A stretch of 64,000 nt of DNA from Octopus bimaculoides (GCF_001194135.2 NC_068987.1:5969365-6033364); one strand, 5' to 3'. Numbered from the stretch's first letter, positions 1 to 13,463 are shown. Translations and numbers: made by a program. Notes: generated by a model not told the origin, from the letters alone.

Positions 1-104
1 ATAAACCCATTATTTTGTTGTTTACACATCCATCACTCCATTTTTGGCCACCCCGTTATCGCTTCACTTTTTCTTCAACGCCCCTTCCCCACTGGATCTT
101 TCCA

Positions 105-150
105 TCACCCCCATGGGTCAGTACCGCTCACTTTGGGAACCGAGGGTTTA
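105..150 (-). mobile_element. Probable terminus of a hAT-type non-autonomous DNA transposon/MITE
   Basis: The reverse complement reads TAAACCCTCGGTTCCCAAAGTGAGCGGTAC..., resembling the CAG(T/G)GGTTCCCAAA terminal repeat of animal hAT MITEs. The other end is not visible in the window. Confidence 0.4.
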
Positions 151-461
151 AAGTTACAGGGAGCATGAAATAAGACTATGAGCTAGAATCAATGGTATTC
201 TCAAGCCGGCTGTAGATCAAGAGGTACGAGCTCTGGGAAAAGGGATGCTACCGGGAGTAGTTTGAAGTGGACATAAAGTGGGGCTTGATCAACTCTGGTT
301 GTGTTACCTGATTGAAGGTATCTCATGTTGAAAGGCCCAAAACACTTAATAACACCAGGAAACATCACGGATGATGAGTCCAGGTGCAATACCGGATGAT
401 GTGTGCAAAATCTCACCTAATATGTGGAAGATTCTTCAGGAAGCATTCTGTAAATCAGTTG

Positions 462-558
462 TGTGTGTGTCTGCGAGTACGCGTGTGTGCTTGCGCGCAC
501 GTGCTTGTGAATGAGTGTATGTGTGTTTACGTGTGCGTGTGTGTTTACGTGTGAGTGC

Positions 559-591
<33 letters not shown>

Positions 592-635
592 TGTATGTAT
601 GTATGTATGTATGAATGTATGTGTGAATGTATATA
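462..635. repeat. Compound (TG)n/(TGTA)n microsatellite
   Basis: Directly visible tandem TG and TGTA units. Confidence 0.95.
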
Positions 636-1614
636 TAGAGACGTAACGTTTAAGATGCCACATCTCACGGCTAAAGCCAAGAACACATTTGTTGGTGTGA
701 AAAATGTTGCCTTCTCTCTCATAACGAAGTGGCCACATGCACCATAGCGGACACTTATGACAGTGCAACAAGAGGATCAAACACGATTTACTACCACAAA
801 TGCTGCCGCTACTACTACTACTACTACTACTACTACTAAGTGGTCAGTGTAGTGGAAATAGGTGGCGTTGGTGGTGATGGTGGTGGTGGTGGTGGTGGTG
901 GTTGCTGCTGTAAATTATGTGATGTTGTAGGTACGTGAAGGATTGCTAAACCTACTTTCTCACATATCTCATGCTATTTAAATATTTGAAGAATATTTCC
1001 TGACTAAATGGAAATGAATTGAATTAAAATCAACCGAAGACTGCGTCATCTAATATTTACTTGCAACGCAGCTCCGTAAACATATCCTTCCTCCTCATTT
1101 CTGGCTGTTAGTTTGTATGAATACACTTGTATGAGTATGTATACTTACTATTGACCAGTGTGTGTACATTTGTAGTTGTGTGCATGTTTACAAGTAATAT
1201 GTTTGTTGACAAGTGTGTATATGTTTGTATTTCTGTGTATTTATAGACGTAAGAGGAAGTCCAAAGGTGTATGTGCAGTTAAATCTTTATTTGTATTTGA
1301 TTATTCCAATGTGTATGTATGAGTGTGCGAGAATGTGTTTATAGGTATGTACGAGTGGGGTTAATTATATGTGTTTATTATGTTGCGACTAAAAGTCTCG
1401 GTGAAGTGGCTCTGTCAATCGTCTCCACACTCTCGATTCATGGTGGAAACATTTAAATCACCCCAACAGATGTCGACAACTTTGTTAGACAAGTCAATAA
1501 ACACTCCAAATAATTTCCTTTTCTTAATAATCCGCGAGTGCAGATAATTCAGTTGATAAGCTATCGGACGACCGGCCAAACTATTATACATCACCGGTTC
1601 ATATACATTCACCG

Positions 1615-2003
1615 TGGAGGCGCAATGGCCCAGTGGTTAGGGCAGCGGACTCGCGGTCATAGGATCGCAGTTTCGATTACCAGACCGGGCGTTGGGAGTG
1701 TTTATTGAGCGAAAACACCTAAAGTTACACGAGGCTCCGGCAGGGGATGGTGGCGAGCCCTGCTGTACTCTTCTACCACAACTTTCTCTCACTCATACTT
1801 CCTGTTTCTGTTGTACTTGTAATTCAAAGGGTCAGCCTTGTCACACTGTGTCACGCTGAATATCCCCGGGAACTACGTTAAGGGTACCCGTGCCTGTGGA
1901 GTGCTCAGCCACTTGCACGTTAATTTCACGAGCAGGCTGTTCCGTTGATCGGATGAACTGGGACCCTCGACGTCGTAAGCGACCGAGTGCCAACAACAAC
2001 AGC
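1615..2003 (+). mobile_element. Full-length tRNA-derived SINE, family A, about 390 bp
   Basis: tRNA-like head GTGGAGGCGCAATGGCCCAGTGGTTAGG...TTCGATT with A/B-box-like motifs and a (CAA)n tail. A 12-bp TSD, ATACATTCACCG, lies at 1603-1614 and 2004-2015. Near-identical copies at 16212 and 49195. Confidence 0.92.
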
Positions 2004-2052
2004 ATACATTCACCGATAAGGCTTAAGGCTCGTTATCCCTGTCTAAGGTATT

Positions 2053-2273
2053 TACGACGAGGTGCTGAAAAGTTCCTGGCTTTGGGTAAAAGAAAATACA
2101 GGAGGATCAGTTAATTATGGTTCTCTTCAGCATGTCCTCACTTCACGTTCACATACATATCGTAGCAGTCCTTCAGTTTTTCTAAACCCTGTAAAAGAAC
2201 TCGGAATGTTAGACATCCAGCCAGGACTTTCGCGAGACTCTTAACGCCAGGAAATTTTCAGCACCCCCTCGTA
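2053..2273. mobile_element. Tc1/mariner-type MITE
   Basis: Terminal inverted repeats (TA)CGA..GGTGCTGAAAAGTTCCTGG / CCAGGAAATTTTCAGCACCCCCTCG(TA), TA-flanked. A homologous copy lies at 2500. Confidence 0.85.
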
Positions 2274-2499
2274 CTAAACAGTAACACAGATGAATGCTTT
2301 GTTGTTTTGCACGGCTGAGTTCGTGTTAGTAACTCATGGGATTTATCAAAAGCAATGGGATACCACACCAATGTATCTTCATGATGAATTATACTAAAAA
2401 GGAACAGTTCAGGTGGTTAATTAAACACATTTATAGTGCACGAAACCCTCTTCTCCAACACCATGGGGATTTACATTTGTGCATAAAGTGAAGTATATG

Positions 2500-2685
2500 T
2501 ACGAGGGAGTGCTGAAAAGTCCCTGGCTTTGGGTAAAAGAGATACAGGAGGATCAGTTAATTGTGATTTTATTCAACATATTCTCCTCTCAGATTCACAC
2601 ACTTATTGTAACACTCCTTCAGTTTTTCCAGCCAGGCCTTTTACGACACCCTTAGGGCCAAGACCTTTTCAGGGCCTCCCTCGTA
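2500..2685. mobile_element. Tc1/mariner-type MITE (second, shorter copy)
   Basis: TACGAGGGAGTGCTGAAAAGTCCCTGG ... TTTTCAGGGCCTCCCTCGTA. Internal sequence aligns with 2053-2273, with a deletion. Confidence 0.85.
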
Positions 2686-2688
2686 TAT

Positions 2689-2820
2689 ATTCTTTTCTAC
2701 TCTAGGTACAAGACCCGAAATTTTGGGGGAGCAGTCGATTAGATCGACTCCAGTACGCAACTGGTACCTAATTTATCGAACCCGAAAGGATGAAAGGCAA
2801 AGTCGAACTCGGCAGAATTT
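2689..2820 (-). mobile_element. SINE family B, 3' part
   Basis: Shares the CCCGAAAGGATGAAAGGCAAAGTCGA core and the TTCTTTTCTACTCTAGG end with many other copies in the window. Confidence 0.85.
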
Positions 2821-2865
2821 GTGTGTGTTTGTGTGTGTGTGCAAGGATAGCACATGTGTGCGCGC

Positions 2866-2901
<36 letters not shown>

Positions 2902-3886
2902 TTGGACTTAGTATCGTTTGGTATCATTTGCCGGTATCGTTTGGTTTTAAGACGATTAAGCATATTGTAAGTAAAAGAGAGAATACATCAAATCTAAATA
3001 AATTAAATGAAATTAATGTTTAATGATATCAATCTATAAGTTCGCATATTCCTACATATATATACACATATATATACACATATATATACACATATATATA
3101 CACATACACGTGCAGCTACATATGCTCGCGCGCGCAAGTATCGCAGTTGTGCTGGTTTGGCAAATTGAACTACGAGATCGTTCCTGGCAGCGAAATTATA
3201 ATAAACTTATCTTGGAAAATTGATGTTAGTCATTTAAAGCAACACAACAAAGATCCGTTACATTAATCTTTGTCGACTTTGAAAGGAAATGTCACCTGTA
3301 AAATGAAGCACTTGAAATTTTACACGATATAATAGTGTTTAGAAATAAATGAAGATGATTAAGAACAGGTTTCATATGTTCTTAAATACTTAACATAATT
3401 CTTCCACAATACAGTTTTATATATATACATGCATATCCATATGCGTCTCCCGATCTATCTACATATCCGTTTATCTATACACACAAGCGCTTAAATACAC
3501 GCTCATGCTTTATCTCTCTCACACGCACAATATATACACGTGTATAGAATACACGTTTATATAGTTATACCGCACATTACATAAACAGCTGTATATTCAT
3601 TTATTTCTTTACTTGGGGAAGCCATTCGTTTGAGGACTTGTAAGCGCATCGCCAGTTGCTTCATGTTGTTTAATTTGTTGTCGTTATGTTTAAGTATAAA
3701 TCTCTAAGGACAGCGTAATCTGAGGACACGTACCGAAAGTGATAAAATTATCTTTCTACTTGTTCTACAATACATTTCCACGCTTCGAAAAAAAACTTGT
3801 TTGCTTACATACGGCGTAACCTATACGACATCTAGCGTTCCTGGATGATTCTATAACTTCTTAAATTGCAGAATAATTTGGCGGTC

Positions 3887-3990
3887 AGGCGGTTTAGCTT
3901 AAATGGTAAAGCATTCCAACCGGATATTAGAAAGATGTGAGTTCGATTATCATGGCTGGTTGCAGACAAGCCTTTCTGCTTTAAAAAGAA
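3887..3990 (+). pseudogene. tRNA-like short interspersed element (family D), degenerate
   Basis: AGGCGGTTTAGCTTAAATGGTAAAGC ... GTGAGTTCGATT (A- and B-box-like), followed by GCTGGTTGCAGACAAGCCTTTCTGC, which matches the 3' flank of the copy at 41020-41117. Confidence 0.6.
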
Positions 3991-4010
3991 AAAAAAAAGA
4001 GGATTTTATT

Positions 4011-4046
<36 letters not shown>

Positions 4047-4871
4047 CATCTCTTTCGGAAGTGATATATTATTCTCCAGATCGCATGTGTCATCAAGGAG
4101 ATAATGAATTTGACTCACTTGGAACTACCATATCATATTCTGACCCTGATCCGAACCTCAAGACGTAAGCAAGCATTTACAATAACGATATATTGATAAT
4201 ATACTTTATTAATTATTCATGCAATTTGATGTTATATAATAATGTCATCGCATATTATTCTCATAAACAACGATAAGATCCACCGATATTAATATATTAT
4301 TTTAGGTCACAGGCTAACCTTTAATTTCTTTTATAATAATGACCAAACCTACCTATAAATTCACGTAGTTCAATACCATTGAATATTGAAAGTAGCCCCT
4401 TGTGGATTCGTGCCAACCCATGAAAAGCTAAGCAGGATGTCTAACGGATAATAGATAACAAAATACCCGAGATAAAAATGCGTGAACAATAATTGTTGAC
4501 AAATACCCTGGAGAAATTGCGTTAAATGGTTCTCTGAACTTTGTTAGTCTCTAAATATCATTGATATTTCATTTGTATATTAGTATTTAGAACCAGTTAG
4601 GAAAATAGTGGAATAACAAATAGCTGAGTTGATAATGTGTTAACCGTCGTCTTCATAGGTCAACGACACTTACTAACTTTCTTGGAGGGCAGAGTGAAGG
4701 AAGAAGCTCATAGGCGTCTGCTCCATGTTGCACAAAGAGTTAAGTGAGGGCTGTGATATGTACAAAGTGAGCCATAGAATCTTTATTTGTTGTTTAGAAT
4801 GGCACACATAGTGAAGAATCTATTATCTGAATGAATAATTCTGATCAGAGAAGGTAGAAGAGACAAACGTG

Positions 4872-4931
<60 letters not shown>

Positions 4932-4954
4932 TTATGTTTGTGTTTGTCCCTAAT

Positions 4955-5105
4955 CGTTTGACAACCGATGTTTGTTTGTTTACGTCAAAAAACGTAGTAG
5001 TTCGGCAAAATAGCCGAATATGATGCGTATGAGACTGAGGTTGATTTATTCGACTAACATCACAGCACTTTCTCCAAGATGGCCGCAGTCTAAGGTCTAA
5101 AACAA
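4955..5105 (+). mobile_element. SINE family C, 3' part
   Basis: TTGACAACCGATG...GTTCGGCAAAA...ATGGCCGCAGTC, following a (TG)n tract as in other family C copies. Confidence 0.75.
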
Positions 5106-6444
5106 TTAATATAGTAGAAAGCTTCCATTTAAATCACTCTACATATTAAATCTAGTTGTATATTTGAACATCATCTTCCTACTTATTCTCCATAATATCA
5201 GAGAATTGTCTAAACCATCGCGAGCTATGTACCTGAACACTTACAACGTTCCACATTTAGCTTTCAAATACTAACGTGAATATGTTTCTGCAATACGCCA
5301 ACAGACAAAGGATCATTTCGTGCAGTAAGTTCACTTGCAGTTTATGCAGATATATTAAGTATACTAGCAAGTACTTTGCGATCTGCACGTAACTGAACCC
5401 ATGCACTAAGTGCTGGCTTTGAATTGTATCCAAACTTACTTATATGTAGGTTTGGTTAAGCTATTTTCCATTCACTCTGACACATTCATTTACAAACAAG
5501 AGTTAAAACATATAATAATCATATTAAACATTGAATTTTACAAGAGAAATAACAATGTAATGCAGTTACGAGCTCATGACTGTAACAGCAAAATGGTAAT
5601 ATTGGTGAGTTTATTTCATAACATAATTTCACTTAATACCGCACATAAAAATGTTTGGCTGCCATATTACCTAAATTCAATATTTCAGTAAGTTTAAATA
5701 TAAATTCTTATTCCTATGTAAGTATTCTCCATTAAAAATTTTCAATGTAATGTTTGTTATGTTTCAGTGCAAATCACAAAAGCGTCTTATCAAAATATTC
5801 AGTAACTTTCCGTTGCATCTTTTTGAATTTATATTGCTATAGAAACAGCTAAGCGAATTCAAATATTCACAAATTCGCAGAAAGTATTTATTTTTATTTC
5901 TGAATTCTTGGAATGAAAACAATACTTTTATAGAATTGAAAAATCAAAAATTAATTATCACCTTATCTTTATCATAACGTTAAATCATGTTATACATAAG
6001 CAAAGCAACAGCCACTGGGAAATACGTTTCTTGTCTGGAAATAGATCACTAAAAATATCCTGAAAGCCGTCCAAAGCACTGAGGACTTCAACTCCCCAAT
6101 GTACTTAGCAAAAGAGGTGGGGGACAAGGACGCGGTAATGAGTCTTATAACTAAGCTAAATTGGTATTAATGCCTTACGAAATCTATAACAAATCATCTC
6201 ACAAATAATAGGATATGGTGCCAGCAGAAAATATTACGATGAAGCTATAATTTATCAATTATCATCACGTTTTCTTGCAATAAGTTAGATTCATTTCCAA
6301 ATTCGAGTGACTTTCATAGACCATGTAGAATAATAGCTTACAAATATCCATTAGTGATAGAAACACTAATGTATATTAATGGTTTTTCTTCGCCTTATCA
6401 ATTATATACAACGAACAAATATTTTAACTCCTTAATTTTGATAT

Positions 6445-6660
6445 AAGGTAGCAAGCTGGCAAAACTGTTGACACGTTGCGAAATGTTTAACAGTATTTCG
6501 TCCGTCTTTACGTTCCGAGTTCAAATTCCACCGAGGTCGACTTTGCCTTTCATCCTTTCGGTGTCGATGAAATAAGTACCCGTTGAGTACTAGGCTCAGC
6601 GTAATCAACTTACCTGTTTCCTTGAAATTGCTGGCATTGTGCCAGAATTTAAAATCAATA
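6445..6660 (+). mobile_element. SINE family B, near full length
   Basis: Head AAGGTAGCAAGCTGGCAAAA..., core TTCAAATTCCACCGAGGTCGACTTTGCCTTTCATCCTTTCGG. Confidence 0.85.
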
Positions 6661-8180
6661 CTAAGTTTGAGATGAGTACTTACTACGTTGTCAGATTAAT
6701 TAGCGTAATGGTGTTTTGTTTAATAACAATCAGTGTCAAGCTTGCTTTTCCTTCTTTTCTTTTAATACCAGTTTAATCCCAATACCAGTTTATTGGTTGG
6801 ATTCAAATCATCGTTATTTTCTTAAAGACTATTTGAGATATCTGTAGAATTCACCAAGCCAAGCGTATAATTACACTACTCTATAAAAGATATCTTATCA
6901 AAATCTTTATTTCTAAACGAATATTTTAAGTGTGTACCTCACGCATGGCCTTCCTATAAGCACTTCACATTTTACTAAGATTCATGGTGTATTAATATGT
7001 CCATGATATTGATATGGTATTTATATGATATTTATATGGCTGGGTCTCAATGTTCAGTCATTAACAGCCACTACCTTGTTTATTTTCACAACGGACCTCC
7101 ACGACGGGAATCCCTATTTCATCCTATAATAACTACTACGTTATTTAGATTTACAGCCTGCTTATGTGATTGAAAATATACGAGACTTTAAAAGTGTGGC
7201 CGTGTTTGTTTGTTTTTTTTCTTTTTTTTTGTAGTAGCAAACGAAAAACTGAAATGGGAGGAAATATATAAAATATATAAATATTTCAAGCATCTCAGTT
7301 AGTTTATGTAGAGTTAAAAAGAATTCTAGTAAGCATAATATTCTGTATTCATGATTTCCCTCGATATCTCTAGAAAAATTACAGGCATAAGATGACGGAG
7401 ACGATGATGGTGATAAAAAAAAATGCATTCGTGTTCTTAAATTTTCGATATCAATCGTCAAGATCACTTGTATCATAAACGAAGCGATAAAGTGCTTTAC
7501 AGTTTTTACTGCAGAGTATTAAAGAGGAAGACATCTTAGTCTGCGAGTACAGTTTAAATATATCCCCAAGCTTAATGGTCACGACAAAACAATAATGGCA
7601 TTCAAAATGCCTTCCGAATTCAACCCTCAAAAATAAAAACAAAAAAATCGTTATCGATTCAATAACAGAAAAATTCTATTTTAACGAAAAAATCCATATT
7701 AATAATAATGCATAGTATAGATTCAAAGACCGATGAAAAATGTCCTTACAGACATATCGACATAATGCACGTAAATTGATAAAAGGAACACATTTACTAC
7801 CTGTTTCATTATGTAGTCATGGATACAAATCTGACGGATGTACTTAGAGTCTCACTTCTTATAGAAAAGTTGCGGATAATGAAATGGAAAGCAAAATAAA
7901 CTACCGTTAGTTTTGTGATGGCGTTTTGGATTTGGTCCGGCAATATTTTCTTTGAATGAGCACTTAATGCTTGGTGGAAGGTCAGAATTCGCACCATAAA
8001 TCACTATATAATACATTATATATNNNNNNNNNNNNNNNNNNNNNNNNNNNNNNNNNNNNNNNNNNNNNNNNNNNNNNNNNNNNNNNNNNNNNNNNNNNNN
8101 NNNNNNNNNNNNNNNNNNNNNTATATATATTTATATAAATGTGTGTTTGTGAGTGTGTGAGCGTGTGTGTGTATGTGTGT

Positions 8181-8220
<40 letters not shown>

Positions 8221-9077
8221 GTGATAAAACACACGAATGGATTATACGGTATTGCTAGAATGTTTCGTTAAGAGATTTTATTCTGACACAACTTCGTATA
8301 TGAAGTTTTGTTAGACGTGAAACATCTATAAGATTATGCAATACATTACTATTGATCGCCCAATTCTTCGGGGTAAACCATATGAAGGTCAATAATCGTT
8401 ATGCTAGCAGATTAGCAAGTTCAATAATATCTAAAGATTCAAAGTAGGCATATCAACAGTTCAATATGGAAGTGCGCGAGAGTTTATCGACCAATGAAAA
8501 TTGCAGGGAGTTTAGTTAAGCTCTCAGGGATGGATTAGCATCCAAACCGGGGATGTCAAGTTAGACAACTGTGGGGAAACCAAATATGGTTAGAAGAAAT
8601 AACAGTAAAAAAAAAAAAATTAGAAGAAACTTTGAATGGTATATCGTATCTTCAACAAGCTTTATTTACACCAACTCCGCTCAAAATCAGAGACTAGCAA
8701 CAAAAATTCATTATCCACAGAGACTGGCGCCAAATAGAATGGTGACGCCGTTAATGCTTTGAAGAAAGCTGCATTCACGATTCAGTGTATACAATCATAT
8801 TGTATAGAATGAAACAAAAGTGAATGAGACGTGAGTGTATAAGACATATACATATACATAGATAAAATTATTGCTGCTTATTTTCTAAAATTAAATACGT
8901 ACGAATGCTTTTAGTTTAATTATAAATAATGAATAAATTAGGGTTAATTATGAAAGATATAGCTAATTAGTGTGGATGAGATATATTCAGAATTAATGTA
9001 TAGAGACTTAGTGTTATTAATGCTTTGAATGTACATACGTTGTTGAAATTGCTAATTTGACCTCATATTGATTAATG

Positions 9078-9245
9078 ATGTGTTTACGTCGCCTAAACTT
9101 AGCGGTTCGGCAAAAGAAACTGATAGAATAAGTACTAGGCTTACAAAGAATAAGTCGTGGGGGTCGATTTGTTCGACTAAAAGCGGTGCTCCGGCATGGC
9201 CGCAGCTAAATGACTGAAACAAATAAAAGAATAAAAGAACATAAG
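9078..9245 (+). mobile_element. SINE family C, 3' part
   Basis: CTTAGCGGTTCGGCAAAAG...AATAAGTACTAGGCTTACAAAGAATAAG...GGTCGATTTGTTCGACTAAA...(TAAAAGAA)n tail. Confidence 0.85.
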
Positions 9246-9659
9246 AATTGCATGTGATCTTTTTCTGTATAAAGCTTGTCTCCTACCTTAGTCAATGACA
9301 TAACAAAGGCTATTTAGTACAGAAGGTAAAACGAAGCACGGATTAAATATTCTAACTTCAGAAGAAAATCAAAAAAATTATGGAATTCGATCAATATAAG
9401 AAACACACATTAAAAAATATTAAACATTAAAAAAGATGGAGTTTTGATAGACAGGCATCAAATTAAATTTCTGGTTGCATACGGAAGATCTTCGAATTAC
9501 TGTGTCAAATTTGAATTTCTAAGTATCTGTATAGATTTTGACGTGTAATATATTCGAAAGACACTGGAGAATACTAAATTGACAAAATTTCAGTTTGGAA
9601 ATATATAGGAGTGATGTAGCTGGCAAGAAAACCATATCCATCAAAATTAATGATGTGAT

Positions 9660-9714
9660 GAGGACACCAACATCGTTTGTCAAGCAATGGTGGCGGGGGA
9701 CAAGACACACAAAT

Positions 9715-9791
<77 letters not shown>

Positions 9792-9831
9792 TATATATAT
9801 ATGTATGTATGTATGTATGTTTGTATATATA

Positions 9832-9894
<63 letters not shown>

Positions 9895-10037
9895 TCCGTC
9901 TACCAAATCCACTCACAAGGCTTTGGTTAGCCCGAGCCTATAGTAGAAGACACTTGTCCAATGTGTCACGCAGTAGAACTGAACCCGGAACCATGTGGTT
10001 GGGAATCAAGCTTCTTACCACACAGCCACTCCTGCGC
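9660..10037 (-). mobile_element. SINE family C with expanded internal (TA)n/(TGTA)n/(TG)n tract, 3'-truncated
   Basis: The reverse strand starts GCGCAGGAGTGGCTGTGTGGTAAG..., has the central AAGCCTTGTGAGTGGATTTGGTAGACGGAAAC, then about 180 bp of microsatellite and GCTTGACAAACGATGTTGG. Confidence 0.85.
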
Positions 10038-10059
10038 TATATGTGCGTGTATGTGTGTT

Positions 10060-10248
10060 TCGAGCCAGTATTTATCCCCGCCACCGCTTGACATCCGGTG
10101 CTGGTTTGTATATGTTCCCGCAATAGAATAATTACCAGGCTTTAAAAACATTCTTAAAAAACGTAATTTTAGTCGATTCCCTCGACTAAAATTTCTTGAA
10201 GGAGATGCCCCAGCATGACCGCAGTATAATGACTGAAAGCAGTTAAAA
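10060..10248 (+). mobile_element. SINE family C, degenerate 3' part
   Basis: CCCCGCCACCGCTTGACATCCGGTGCTGG ... CCAGCATGACCGCAGT...ATGACTGAAA. Confidence 0.65.
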
Positions 10249-11256
10249 AAAACACAAAAAATATACACAGACTTAGAATACACACATAATTCAGCAATAA
10301 CAGGATTTGAAGGCCATGAACCGTGACCAGCAATCACTGAACCGTAGCAAAATATGAAAGAGCCAAAGCGAAAGAATTTGCAAAACATCTAAACAACATC
10401 AGTGAAACTATTTTAATATTAATTTTTAAGCAACGAGTAAACAAATAATCATGATATGAAATAATCGAATCGAAAAAAATAAATAAATAAGCAGGATATT
10501 AGTAATAAAGTATGGCGCTGGAGCAAATCTTAGAATCTGAAAACGATGGATAAATGAGAATAGAGCGCGCTGGTGCTGTCTTAGTGCAAACAAAGAATTA
10601 GCAAATGACATCATTACGACCATATTTAACGCAATGAAAACACAAACACACAGAAAACAGAAGGTAATACTTATGTCCACTTAAAGGGGATATTCTGTTA
10701 AAACAAACCCTTCTGCGGTAGTTATATAATAAATATTTTCAAATAAATACTTGTTTAATAAAATCTAAGTGTCGGGAAATAACTACTAAAAGCGATAGTC
10801 AGAGGTACCCTAAAAAATGGTCCAAATAATACATTAGTAAACAGTGGATGGGAAACAATAACTGCCCCACCTCCCTGACATGAGTATCGTCGTGTTTGGG
10901 GCCAAACTTGATGCAATATCTGCTTGATGCGTTCGGTGAAAACAAAACTCCGACGATCTTGCACTGCACGTATGCCTTCTCGGCATATTTATATAGAAAT
11001 ATACAAAATATATAATAACAGAAATTAATGATAGTTCAGTTATTGGGATTTCAATATATATATATGTATATATGCATACACAGATATACATATGTGTGCA
11101 TGACGTATTTACGTACGAATAAATGTATGTATGTATGTATGAAAGTCAGTATCTATGTATACGTTTATTTATCTATATATTCACTTATCTTTCTACATAT
11201 ATGTGCGTGTCTGTTGATATATGCTTATATATTATATCAACATATGCACAAACACG

Positions 11257-11297
<41 letters not shown>

Positions 11298-11954
11298 NNN
11301 NNNNNNNNNNNNNNNNNNNNNNNNNNNNNNNNNNNNNNNNNNNNNNNNNNNNNNNNNNNNNNNNNNNNNNNNNNNNNNNNNNNNNNNNNNNNNNNNNNNN
11401 NNNNNNNNNNNNNNNNNNNNNNNNNNNNNNNNNNNNNNNNNNNNNNNNNNNNNNNNNNNNNNTATATATATATATATATATAAATGTAAATATACATGTA
11501 AATACACACTCACATATATAATGAATGTATATTATATGTGGTTGCCCATATACACATGGAATATTTCTTGAAAGGAAGCAGTAATACATCCCATGAAAAT
11601 TAAACAAAATGCCGTAGGAAATGCTATTTAATTTAGTCTTATTGATTGAAATAAATTTCTATCATTGATTTAGATAAATATTCTCGAATTAAGTGTTAAT
11701 TTATCGCGTATTTCTCACAAAAAGCTGTAATTTATTCCAGGCACAATCAATGCTGTGTCTGACGCAATTTCATCACAATTGTCTATGGGCGAAGGTAAAG
11801 CCAATTGTTGATCACTGAATCTTTCTCCAACCAATTTAGACATTGCAATTAAAAGTATCGAAGTGAATATCGTTCGGCTAAATATTATTAAGTCTAAAAT
11901 TAGGTTTTATTCTACCCTCAGAATTCTCTGATAATATCTATAACACTTGTTTAT

Positions 11955-12160
11955 GGCGTCGAGCCGGCAGAATTGTTAGCACGCCGGGCGAATTGCTTAG
12001 CGGTATTCCGTCTGTCTTTACGTTCTGAGTTAAAATTCTGCCAAAATCGACTTTGCATTTCATCCTTTTGGGATCGAAAAATTAAATACCAGTTGAGTAC
12101 TGAGGTCAATCTAATCGATTGGCCCCTTCCCCAAAAATGTTGGGCCTTGTGCTTAGAGTT
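11955..12160 (+). mobile_element. SINE family B, near full length
   Basis: GGCAGAATTGTTAGCACGCCGGGCGAATTGCTTAGCGGTATT...TTACGTTCTGAGTT...CATCCTTTTGGGATCGA. Confidence 0.85.
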
Positions 12161-12437
12161 ATTTGTTTACAAATAAGGGCAACTGAAGAAAATAACCTGC
12201 ACAACATGATATATTTTATTTGTAATATGACAGAATAACGAAAATACTAACACCTACCCCCACTAACTTTCTTATCAGCTTCAAGCAAAACAGTACAGCA
12301 ATCAATATCATAAAAAATTGTGGCCAGCAACATGAAAATCTGACTACAATAAGCTGATGTGAAAGGCCACTGCTTAGCAGTGAAATTGCCATCAAATTAC
12401 ACATCATATGCATATAAGCAGAGTTACAGTGACAAAA

Positions 12438-12655
12438 ACAAACCAACAGCGGTTGTCAAGTGATGAATTAGGGACAAATACAAACATACACACACACACG
12501 AAAGGTTTCGATACCGTTTCAGTCGACCAAATCGTTTTTTAAGGCATTCGACAGCCTGCGGTTTTAGTAGAAAACACTTGACTACGGTGCCGCGCTGTGG
12601 AACTGAACACAAAACCATTGATGGCAAAGAGACCTTCTTCAGCACACAGTAGCTA
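12438..12655 (-). mobile_element. SINE family C, degenerate
   Basis: GCGGTTGTCAAGTGATG...GGGACAAATACAAAC(AC)n...AGTAGAAAACACTTG...GTGCCGCGCTGTGGAACTGAAC, the reverse complement of the family C head and centre. Confidence 0.65.
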
Positions 12656-13059
12656 AAATCCCAATATGACTCCCACGTCTCTTACTACTACACCTCCGAC
12701 CAAAACAAATGATAAGTCCATTGAAACCACTACAAACACCAGGATCAACATCTTCTACTCTGCTACCTTGCAAGAATAACAACAATAACAACAACTACAA
12801 TCTCTGCTCTTCTGCCCACCAACGGCAACCTCCTCTGCAGCATCTATGTCAACATAGAAGTGATAACTGTCCGCTCAACTCTGATTAGATATGTAGCAAT
12901 AATCTAATTATAGACAAGCATCGATCGTTTGTGATTGAACTGTTAAAGAGACATCAAGTCGATTGATTGGTCTGTAAGTTTAGCCAAAGAAGAAAGTGTA
13001 TACGCTGTCTGTCATAGCAGAACCTGTGAAAGACGGTAACTTTATACTATTGTTGGGAC

Positions 13060-13079
13060 GTGCACACACACACACACGC

Positions 13080-13123
<44 letters not shown>

Positions 13124-13187
13124 GCACTCTAACATACATGTATGTATATGTATGTATATAATGTATATGTATACATTCATATATTTA

Positions 13188-13252
<65 letters not shown>

Positions 13253-13453
13253 ACATATGTATAGATATATATGTATGTATATGCATGCACATACACATAC
13301 ACATGTATAACACACACACACATATATGCACAAGTATGTGTACAGTTGAATATTTGCATAGACGTATATAAAAGACATATAATGTATATAATATACATAT
13401 AATGTACACAGATACACAAAGACATATGTATATATGCGTGTGTCCGTGTGTGT
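13060..13453. repeat. Compound (CA)n/(TA)n/(TG)n microsatellite island
   Basis: Directly visible. Confidence 0.95.
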
Positions 13454-13463
13454 NNNNNNNNNN

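Noticed and set aside
636-745. Minus-strand TPTNVFLALAV as a GPCR TM2 motif
   Set aside because: No TM1 GN motif at the right spacing, no (L)AxxD, and it runs directly into microsatellite.
10834-10985. Minus-strand peptide QCKIVGVLFSPNASSRYCIKFG resembling a Cys-loop (nicotinic/chemotactile receptor)
   Set aside because: Cys spacing is 15 rather than 13, the FPFD and W residues are absent, the acceptor is weak, and no other receptor exons were found.
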